Shown here in pieces: positions 51,501-61,600 of a stretch of DNA of 64,000 bases (the stretch's first letter is position 1; the number at the start of each line of letters is the position of its first letter). Source of the stretch: Takakia lepidozioides (lineage: Eukaryota; Plantae; Bryophyta). The stretch lies in NCBI GenBank assembly GCA_030704615.1, contig CM060731.1, positions 81,840,001-81,904,000 of the forward strand, given 5' to 3'. A model generated the notes under the pieces. That model was not told the DNA's origin. It saw only the letters and a program-made list of their open reading frames with translations, and made no database searches. A program made the translations under genes and the position numbers.

Positions 51501-52540
51501 GTAGGGGCCCGATTTTATTTTGGTTCTTAGTTCCTTTGGATGTCATGTTCGCAGACTCGTCTGTTTGAAGCTGTTTTGTCTCGTCCGGGTGCATCCACCA
51601 AAAGACTCCGGCCGCATTACGGAGTTTGCCCATCACTCACGGGGCCAGTTCATAGATGACAGGACAGATCCTCCCACGGATGACATGCATCACAACTACG
51701 TCGACAAGCAACGTGTGCTTGCGAAGGTGGAAGGGGTTCCTTGGAGAGGGGCGAGGGAGAGGAGCCCGGCTTTCATTCAAAAACTTGTGGAGTGCTGCAC
51801 CCTACACAAGACGCTAGAGTTCTGGATTTGTCGATGGGCACAGGTTCGTCTCTTCAACATTTACATTTCATGAGGTTGATTGAGCTTGCACTTTCAGCAC
51901 TTTCCCCGTTCCGAATGTGTCTTCAATGTCTGCTTACTTCATTCTATTCCACTGCAGGTGCTTCGTACCACGCTTGCAAGGCCAGTGCCGCGACATCTCT
52001 TTGGATTGAAGGGAGGCTGAGATTTACAAGAACCTCCTGATGGGTTTAGGGTGGACACACTTCTCAAGTCCTTCTGAAGCCCCGTCCCGCTGATACTGGT
52101 ACAGAGGAGACTTCTGACAAGGAGCTGGACTCCGACTTTGCCTGTGAGTAAGTTCAACCTGTGCATGCTTGCATTGTTGTTTCAATATCAAGAATCGCCG
52201 TTCTTGAGGCAAAGTGCACATGGGAGACATCCTCTTCGTTGGACTTGTGGCATTGCAATCATTGTGTTAAAAATGGGATTTGTGGACATATGTAGGAGTC
52301 CGCGTGCTTCCTCCACTTGCCCTCCTGGGCTATCACACCTATTTGGACTTGTTTTCAGTCCTCCTCGGTCTTGTGTGCTACCTGTCTATGCGGAGGCACT
52401 CGCAGCAAGCATGTCCGTTCATGGCACTCAGAGTCCACCTTGCGATGGCCTTCGTAGAACACGTGGTGTTGGGGCCAGAATCTTTGTAGATGACATAGCA
52501 CAGGAGGTGGACACTGATTGTGATGACTGCGACACTTGAT
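45600..52540 (+). pseudogene. Multi-exon ParB/Srx-like plus amino-methyltransferase-like gene (element B)
   Basis: RRKSLYFTS N-terminus matches A; MFHVWDGNHRLLAW (48393-49043); QEKLHRLS; CGWYLDCP; NFFLSDAG; WRGARERSPAFIQKLVECC; RVLDLSMGTG; GASYHACKAS; frameshifts in the 3' half; ends approximate. Confidence 0.75.
46100..48240. repeat. Intronic tandem array, 115-116 bp unit, about 19 copies, each with a ~36-bp palindrome
   Basis: GCTCAAACAGTGTGCGGCAACGCACACTGTTTGAGC recurs at 46106, 46222, 46337, 46453, 46568, 46684 ... 48190. Confidence 0.95.
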
Positions 52541-53056
52541 ATGAAGTCTTCTTTTGGTTTAATTCTGGACAAATTTGAAATGGAATGGTTGTGTGTCCTT
52601 ATTGTCCTGTTTGCAATGTGTGCATGGAATTCACATTCATGGTTCCAACTATTGTTGGAGATGGGGGTTGCATGGACTGCCCGGATTGTTCCTTCAATAT
52701 ATTTGTTGTTTTGTGGACCTCACAGACTTGAGTACATTGCAAAAACAAACAAACCACTTTGGTTCGTTTCATCATTCTCGCATCATTTGCTAGTAGTCCC
52801 CAAACCATTCCTGCTAGAAGAATGGTTGGTGAATCCATCACGGTGAATTCCACCTCATCAAAGACTTTTCAGGCATTCTCAATTCTCCCCACATCAACCC
52901 GCGGAAATAGGTGACACCACTCGGAAATAGGTGACATCCGCTGAAATATGCACTGTTTGCATGCTGACGTGGCGTGAGCCTGTGCTGGGCTCACGCTTTC
53001 CTGGGCTCACAGGCTCACGCCTCCACGCTCACGGAATAGCACCCCCCGTCCTCAAT

Positions 53057-56000
53057 GGACGTCAGTGGAGGAGGGAGTCATATTCCCAGCACGAGCACCG
53101 CAGTTCGATCTATTCTTGAAATTCTGCGAGGGCTTCACCTGGAGGGACACCCGGTCGGAGCTGGCCGGGTGCTGGACTACAAAAGTTCGCAATAAATCGG
53201 TTACTGCCTTCTCCCTTTCCCGCCGACATCGACGGTAATATCTTCTTTGAGTTCCCTCCTCGAGCGGACTACTCGAGGGTGTCCGGAATGTTGACAGATA
53301 TGGATAGAAAACATGACGGTCATCCTTGGTGCATTACCAAAACCACCAGCATGAAGATGCTCGATGGTGTGCGGGTGCGCTACGTTGTTTGTGCGGGAGC
53401 GTTGCGGTGTTTCTCCCCAACTTGCTTCCACTTTAAATCCAGAGGTCACAGGAACGAGACCGATTGGACAGGCACAGCTCATCAACCATTCGAGCTTAAG
53501 AGAAGGTTCCGAACTCCACATTTAAGTGTGCGCATTGCAAAGAACCACCACACTGCTGTCTGTTTGTAATGCCAAGCAGTTCTATGTGTTGGCAACGTTT
53601 CCCTGACCATCACCCGAGCTTGCATACACGTTGGTTCCCATTGTCACAAATTGGCGAGGGGGAACTCGCGGGAGGCTGCCCACGAGGCAGAGCAGCTCGT
53701 TCAGGAGGAGGTTTAAGTTGAGACAGGGTGCCAAACCCAAACAGATACAGCTCCAAGCCGCCATAGATGGCATTGGCCAGAATTATGTCGGAAGACGGCT
53801 CCGATAGAGTTCCTCTCGATGAGAAGGAAATGAGGCATTGCTGTTGAGTCTGTCCCACGTATGTTCACCGAATGTCCGAAACCACATTGTTTCATGCAAA
53901 TAGAAAATTGGGCGTGGCTCGGATATGCACTCCATTCTGGAGGTGAAGCGACGATGTGGATATGACTACATTCATGGAAGTAGGTTTCCAGGACAAAGGG
54001 ATTGAGGCAGATTGTTGTTTCGTATTCAAAATGTCCACGAGTGGACCTAGCAAGCGGCGTCGAACTGGTCGACAGGATGACGAGTGGGGACTTGTCAAAC
54101 AGTTGGGTCATGTTCGACCATATCAAGCGAATTACAAATCACCAGTGGGTGACAATGGGTGCACATGTCTACGACACCCATGCAGGATGCTAAATGACAA
54201 TTGCTATTTGTGAGATGAAAGGAGAGGACACACAATCGGAGATGCTTCTTTGGCAGGGAATAAACGAACAGATGGCCAAGGCGGGATTGCCCCCTCCCAA
54301 TTTCCGTGGTTTCATGGCGGACAACGCACAAGCAAATTGGGCTGCCATCCGAAGGTGTACGGGCAAGACCCCAATGTTCCCATGGAAGGCAATGAGAGAT
54401 CTTGTGGTTCCATTTTCTGCAGAGCCTTTCGCAGTACACAACCAGGCTCGTGGCGCCAGATTTCAGAGAGGAGCACCGTTCCATGTGCCTTGCGTGGAAG
54501 CGCGCTCCCACCTTGGATGATGCAGAGACACAGTTTGCATGTATACGGGCTTGGTAGACATCGTCAGGTGCTGTAGGAAATCAGACGAGGGAGCAATGGT
54601 CAGTTGGCTAGCATGGTGCATTATCGTTTCCTCCAGTTCGGCGACCATATGCGGGAGGTGAGTTGCACGAATTCGCATCCCGTTGAATATTATTCTGAGC
54701 CATATTTGTAACTTGCTTGTAACCTCAACATGTGCTTGTGCAGGAAATGTGTCTCGACTCCGACACCGACATGCCCACGACAAACATGGCCGAATCAGTG
54801 CACTCTTCATGGCGTGCCTCCTCTGCGGCGCATCTGGTGGACATCCTCACTGCCAAACGGAGGACATTGTGAGGTCAATTATGCAGCAATGCAGTACAAC
54901 GAGTTCTTGAAGGGAAATTAGTGGGGCTTGGGGCCGGATAGGCAGGAAATGCTGATGCGGACTGCCTCTAGATCGAAGAATCCTCGGAATGTGGGCGGCG
55001 GCCTTGCGAGAGGGCCTTCGGGACACGCCATTGTTGCGAAGATGCCAACATTTGGAAGGAGATGTTCATACCCGTCCAGTGAGACGAAGACTTGACGAGG
55101 CACCTAGCGGAGAAGAGGATTCATGGCGAGCTGACAAGAACATTCGCACGCTCCCTCGTGGTCCGGTGATGTTGCCCGAGGAGGTCTCGTCGAGCACCGC
55201 AAGTCCTGCACGTTCAAGATCGCCATCTCCTTTGAGCACAGGGCGCGTGCCCCGGCAACATAACGAGCCATCTGTAGTAAAGCAGTACAACATTCCCATT
55301 GTGGAGACAAAAGTGTCGGAGTCACAGTGGAGAATTGCGAGGACATTGCCGACATTTCGAGGGAAGTGCTGCGCCATCCGGGTGGATACGAGAGCACGCT
55401 GTGGTGAGATGATTCGGAGGAACCCACACGGTGCTGTACCTGCACCTTGTTTCAGCGGCAGATTTTTTACTCCCACATTTGCTCACGCCACAACGCAGAC
55501 ATTTTGGTTCTGTAGGCACGACATAATGACCTGTGTATTGGCAAGCCCAAGTACGGGATTCAGGGAATGCCGGAGCCTCCGGGCGTCTGGCCTGTTGCAC
55601 CGGGTTGCAGCCTCTCTCAGAATGAGGCGGATGCTCTATCTGCAGCAGGATTTCGAATGGCGCAACGCACAGACATCCTGGCCCACGCATTTCCGGTTCC
55701 TGAGACCCAGCTATTGCAGACTGCTCGGTCCAGTAGAGACGGATTGGACAATTCTGCACATCCCACAATGCGATTCGGAAGAGTGAAGAGACGACACCCT
55801 CCCAACAAGTTGAATGAGACTCGGATTGCCAATGCTCCTGGGATGGCTTGCACTATTCAGAGCTCCGTGGACGTACCCCCACCCCGGCCTTGGGCGTGTG
55901 TATCGGATGGCAACGGCCGGCTCGGCTGTACGCGACGATGTATACACAATTACGATTGGAGTGGAGCCGACTTGCAATTGTACGGACTTCTCGTTGATGG

Positions 56001-56257
56001 AAGCAAAGAAGGGTTCGAAGTATTATCCGTGCAAGCATTTGTATTACATTTACCTGAAGAGGTTGAGGATGAACGTGACTATTGATGACTTTATTCATGC
56101 ACCAGCGATGAGCGTGAACGAGCTGCACAAACTCCTCCTTAGGGATTCCAGAAATCATGGATGGGCAAAGGGAATCCTCCATATGGATATTTTCAATTTT
56201 TGCTGTATCAGATTTTTTTGCAGTGTAATGAAATGCACCCCAAAACTCCTGGAATGA
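53057..56257 (+). pseudogene. Transposase C, GCM-like, MULE and SWIM part, heavily frameshifted
   Basis: MDRKHDGHPWCITKTTS; WVMFDHIKR; FRGFMADNAQAN; SWIM CNCTDF...PCKHLYY; intron at about 54658-54743. Confidence 0.85.
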
Positions 56258-56299
56258 GACAATATTCCATTCAAACTGAGATCCAACAGAAGCAGTTGT

Positions 56300-56740
56300 A
56301 GGGCCATTTCTGGAAAAATGGCGCCAAATTTCTCTTTTTGGGGCCGAAAACTGGCTAAGTCCCAACATGCACTGGTACCTGTGTCTGGGAAAATAGCGCC
56401 GAATTTCTCTTTTTTGGGCCGAAAACTGGCTAAGTCCCAACATGCACTGGTACCGTGTTTGGAAAAATGGCGCCGAATTTCTCTTTTTTGGCCGAAAAAC
56501 TGGCTAAGTCCCAACATGCACTGGTACAGTGTTTGGAAAAAATGGCGCCGAATTCCCTATTTTGCGCCGAAAACTAGCTAAGTCCGAACATGCACTGGAA
56601 AAATGGCGCCGAATTACCTGTCATGAGGGGACCTATAGCCGCGGAATCGGCACCATTTTTCGCCAGAGAGACCTATACCTTACCGCGAAATACTCCGTTT
56701 TCAGGTTACGGACCCTATTACCGCGAAATTCGGCGCCATA
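56300..56740. repeat. Subterminal ~75-bp tandem repeats carrying the element C motif GGCGCCGAATTT
   Basis: AAAATGGCGCCGAATTTC...GGCTAAGTCCCAACATGCACTGG repeated about 4-5 times; related to the 34-kb array. Confidence 0.85.
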
Positions 56741-57177
56741 TTTGCACATGTCGCTGGGAATTGGCATGAGCGGAAGACGAAATATCATGAGCACAACCGT
56801 CAAAACTACAATTTCCCTTCAAGGGGCCGAATAATATTTTTTTTTTCCTGACACATTGTATTAAATTATTGTTTTTATTGTTTTTTATTGTTTTTTATTT
56901 TCGAAATTTGTACTTCTGCTCATGATAACCGATTGTCTTACTACTCCGCTCATGCCGCTCATGCTCATGAAATAGCTAACCTCCAACCAGATGTGTCATA
57001 ACATCAAAAAATGATGGTGGTCAATTACGCCATTGGGGTTCACAATGTTCTGGAGGTCATCGTGGCAGACTACTTGGCATGCAATGGAATGAGATCAAAC
57101 TGAGTTGGGTTCCTGTCACTGAACTAGGCTGGATTGGACTTGTGTTACGATTGAAATCTAGTGAGAGTTGTGATAAG

Positions 57178-57189
57178 TGGTATCAGGGC
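57178..57189 (+). promoter_or_regulatory. Primer-binding site, tRNA-iMet type
   Basis: TGGTATCAGGGC (1 mismatch to TGGTATCAGAGC), upstream of a gag-like ORF. Confidence 0.7.
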
Positions 57190-57457
57190 ATAGTACCGAT
57201 CAGGGATTACTAATCGTGGAACTCTTGGAAATTTTGTGAATGAGTCGAGTTTCATTCGGTTCGGTGAGCACGCACCCCTGTGACGATCAAGATAACGAGA
57301 TAGCAGCGAGCGTTTTGACGCGGCTAGCCTGCATCGAATTTCAGATCGTGAGCATAGCAATCACTTATTTCCCCAACCACAGATGGAAGCCTTGGGCGCT
57401 TTTCGATCTGAAATACGGAAGCCCATGTGAGGAAGCGATCTCGGGAGTTGGCAGTAA

Positions 57458-57733
57458 TTGAACCGCGAGATCAGGATGAATCTGTCGTCGATTCCCATGA
57501 GGCAGGCTAGGACGAAACGAACCAAAAACGTCATTCGAGAGATTAGAAGGCTCGTGAAATTGCCAGAGTTTATGGGTAAGCCATCTGTGAAGCCAAAGGA
57601 AATCTTGTCTTTCCTGGATACGTTAGAAGAATTCTTTGAAAATGACTATCCAGAAGAAGCCAAAATACAGACGGCTGCCTTGCAACTCCATGATGTTGCC
57701 AAACTATGGTGGTCGCGCCAGAAACATGAATTG
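57458..57733 (+). pseudogene. Ty3/gypsy gag N-terminus, interrupted by the DNMT-gypsy 3' end
   Basis: KLPEFMGK...FLDTLEEFF...KIQTAALQLHDVAKLWW, a typical retrotransposon gag pattern. Confidence 0.75.
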
Positions 57734-58395
57734 TGTCGTGCGCATACATATCGCTACACAACTACATCGCTGTCCAAAACCACACAACACATGTGCACAC
57801 CACACACTAGTATACCACTAGTCCAACCACTAGGCTACAACTAGTCAGTCACTAGGCTGCCCACTATGGCAGTCACTAGTCCACACAATGATAAAGAAGA
57901 AGAATACAAGCACGAGCTCACAAATCTGAAGCATAAACTCATGCATATATAACCTCATCACTCAAATACAAGTCAAGCCAAGTGCACCCCACGCCATGGG
58001 GAATCCACACTACGGCGCCATAGCTAGGCGCGGTGAGGCTCAACTCGAGAAAGATGAGCCTTCCGCGCTTGCCGTGAAGATAACCACTCCAGGGCCTAAA
58101 TCTGCCTTGACCCCTGGATTGACACTTGGGCCAATCCCAAATGTCAATATGTAAAAGCTAGCTATTTCCTAGCTAGTTTCACACTAGTGGTAAAATAACT
58201 TGACAGCTGTCGTGCGCATACATATCGCTACACAACTACATCGCTGTCCAAAACCACACAACACATGTGCACACCACACACTAGTATACCACTAGTCCAC
58301 CACTAGTCCAGCCACTAGTCCAACCACTAGGCTACAACTAGTCAGTCACTAGGCTGCCACTATGCTGCCCACTATGGCAGTCACTAGTCCACACA
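57734..58395 (-). repeat. Composite 3' terminal repeat: B1 (58395-58208), A (58205-57889), B2 (57887-57734)
   Basis: B units are direct repeats (minus strand TGTGTGG...CACGACA); the A unit matches 9057-9373; every unit is TG...CA bounded. Confidence 0.85.
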
Positions 58396-58407
58396 ATCGC
58401 CCCCCTA
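58396..58407 (-). promoter_or_regulatory. Polypurine tract
   Basis: Minus-strand AGGGGGGCGAT directly precedes TGTGTGG at the start of B1. Confidence 0.7.
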
Positions 58408-58655
58408 GCTGGTGCTTAGGTCCCTCTAAGTCCAGGTAGCCACAAGATGTGATAGTGACCATAGCCTCACTAAGTCCTCCACCACTATCCCTACTACACT
58501 CAAACTCGATAGATCAAGAGGCCGGGTGCAAGAGTTGCCCCATCGTTAGTCGCCGTCTTGCAACCTGTGAACTTGAGCTTGGGATCTCATGTATTGACTC
58601 CTATGAGCTTGGCCTCCCATGTCTTGTTAGCTGCCTCCAGTCATGTCCACTGCCA

Positions 58656-61600
58656 CTATCCCAAGCAGTGTGGACACAACCAATCTCCGTCAGGAACCTT
58701 CTCAAGAGGTGGTGTCAAGCATCCCATATGCCAACCCCTTGAGCATCGATCACACACCAGCATGGTGGCTGCCCCTTTGGCAGACCCACAGAGCATGCAC
58801 CTCAAACCTGCAGGTACCACTGCCAAGTTTGGGTCAACTCTGCCATCGACATTGGGAAGGTGACATGGCGCACAATTACGCACATGGTCCTTCCAAGTCA
58901 TGCCATCCCGACCCTCCAAGATCAGGACCCCTGAGGGCAACACCTCTCGAACCCTCAGAATAACACGCCCTGCAGTAACATCCAGAGTCGTAGGAGCAGT
59001 CTGCTGCAAATAAACATAGTCACCAGGGCTAAACCTCCGAACCCCAGGACGATATCCTCCACCACGTATAGTGGCATACCTCAACGTATCACGGTGCTGT
59101 GCAATGGCAAGGTTCTCAAAAGCCATGGGCATGACTTTCTTGAACAACTCTGCACGCTGATCACATGCACGTACCCACACGTCCGGATCGTCAAGGTTAA
59201 GGACTTGAGCAGTGTCCCTACGAATGGCTGCAGGCAAATCCGGCTCTCGGCCAAAGAGAAGGAAATATGGTGAGAAGGAGGCAAGTGATGCTTGTTTGCT
59301 GAACCTGTAGCCCATGGCTAACCAAGGAACCTGAAGATCCCAATCTCCTAGGTGTCCCTTCTGCAAGCCATACTTGCGCAAACCCCTCTTCACCGTCTGA
59401 ACAACTCTCTCTGCTAAGCCATCGGCCTCAGGATGATCCCGAGAAGTGGTGCGGTGGTCTATCAAGGCTTTATCACACAAAGCCTGAAACTCCCCCAAGA
59501 ACTCTCTCCCTTGGTCCGTGAGTACCTCAGCTGGAGCACCAAATCGGCTAAGCACACGATCCAAGAATGCATACGCAGCCCCCTCACTAGCCTTGTCAGG
59601 CAATGGAACCAACTCAATCCACTTGGAGAAGTGCTCCACCATCACCAACACATATCTGTGGTGGCGCATAGTCAGTGGCAACGGTCCTGCGAAGTCAAGA
59701 CTCCACCTGTAGCCCAATCCCATGATTGGTAAAGGATGCAACTGTGGTGTAGGGGCGTTGAATGAAGCACGCACCCTGTCACACACCATGCACCTAGCCA
59801 CGAACTGTTGCACCTCTGTATGCATACCACGCCACCAATACTGCCCCTGCAGTAAACTGTGAGTGCGTCGCAAAATGCCCCAACTCCTCATGGGCATGCC
59901 GCACTAACCGTGCACGCTGTGTGGGGTGAGGCACAATCCTCACCCGACCATCCTCCCACACTCGAAGTAGGTGTATCCCCTCCCACTTGAACCTCTTGGC
60001 TCGTTGCAGGATCCGATCCCTCTCCCTGGCAGTCACAATGGCTGCCGTGTCTCCCGTGCGGAGGTAGTCCAACACAGCCGAATCCTCATGTATATCTCTG
60101 GCACCACCTAGCTCATCACTAGCCTCAGGGTCCTCAGACACTCCGTCTACAGTCATCCCTGTTGTAGGTCCAATCTGACCTCCCGATGCCAAGATACACA
60201 AAAATGCAGATGCGTGCCATCCCGGCACCATCTCCTCGTCCGTCTCACCATGCCACCGAGCTCCAGTGTCATCCTGCTGGCTCATGCATGGATTGCGACT
60301 CAATCCATCCGCATCCCGATTGACCAAACCCGGTCGATGCACAACCTGAAAGTCATACTCCTGGAGTATAAGTGCCCACCGTGCAAGCTTCCCCGTAAGC
60401 TTGTCTGACTCCATCAACCACTTGAGTGGCTGGTGATCCGTGACAAGGGTGAAAAGATTGCCGTATAGATAGCACCTGAAGTGTGCCACGGCCCACACTG
60501 CAGCTAAGCACTCTCCCTCATATGAGCTGTACTTAGCCTCTGCAGCGTTGTTCGAGCGGCTAGCGTAAGCCACTACGAACTCTCTTCCCTCATCATCCAC
60601 CTGTGTGAGCACCGCTCCAAGCCCCAGCATGCTCCAATCCGTATGCAGCTGAAAGGGACGCCCCCTGATAGGTCGTCTCAAGATAGGCGCCGAGGTCAAC
60701 CTCGCCTTGAGCTCTTGAAAAGCTCGTTCCTGCTCATCTTCCCACTGCCACTCCTGGTCCACCTTGGTTAGAGCCTTTGCAATGGTACTAAATCCCTTGA
60801 CAAACCGTCTATAATAGTTTGCCAACCCCATGAAAGCTCGAACTCGGCTCACATCCGTGGGGCGTGGAATTTGTGCAATGGCCTCTACCTTAGTCTGCTG
60901 TACCCCCAATCCTCCAGGATATATCATGTGACCCAGATACTCAATCTGGTTGTGGAAAAACTTGCACTTCCCCGGATGCAACTTCAATCCGTGCGCTCTC
61001 AAGCGCTCCAATACCACCTGAAGGTGTCTCTCATGCTCCTCCATCGTAACACTAAAGATGATGATGTCATCTATGTAGCACCGAGCAAAGTCCACCCCTG
61101 CTAGAATCCTATCCATGACTCTCTGAAAACTCTGCAGGAGCATTCTTAAGCCCAAATGGTAAGAACCGCCACTGATATAGGCAATCCTTGCCGTGCTCAT
61201 TGATCCCCCAGAATGTCGTCTTCTGCTTGTCCGCCTCCTTGATTGGCAACTGGTGATATCCGGATCGTAAATCCAAAGTGCTAAAGGCCTTAGCATGCCC
61301 GATGGCATCAAAGATCTCCTCTGGTGTTGGCATGGCATACTTATCGGACTTGGTCTGACGATTTACAGGCCGGTAATCACCGCACATACGTCTCTCCGTC
61401 CAATTGCCATAGACATCCTTCTTGGCTGGCATCACTGTGGCTGAAGCATACTCTCCACCAGAGAGCTCCACCAAACCTGCCTCCCAGAGATCTTGAGTCC
61501 TCATCTGAATCAAAGACCTCTCCATGTCACTGTATCTATAGGGTCTCCGAAAGATTGGCGTGTCAGTGGCCAACTCAATACGGATCTCTTGACCCTTCAG

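Larger units (their letters stand above)
41057..53047. mobile_element. Mutator-like transposon B, opposite orientation to A, nested in the transposase of C
   Basis: 9-bp TSD GTCCTCAAT at 41048-41056 and 53048-53056; ends CAGCGTAGCTACGGCGTGAGCCC / GCTCACGGAATAGCACCCCCC mirror the two ends of A; GTGAGC/GCTCAC subterminal repeats. Confidence 0.92.
31448..56983. mobile_element. Mutator-like transposon C (about 13.5 kb after removing nested B)
   Basis: 8-bp TSD CAACCAGA at 31440-31447 and 56984-56991; TIR GGGGGCTGCTATTTCATGAGC / GCTCATGAAATAGCTAACCTC with CATGAGC subrepeats; same two-gene layout as A and B. Confidence 0.88.

Noticed and set aside
10746-56983. Bacterial contaminant or prophage as the source of the ParB/MTase genes
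   Set aside because: The genes have spliceosomal introns and sit within TSD-bounded eukaryotic transposons nested in LTR elements
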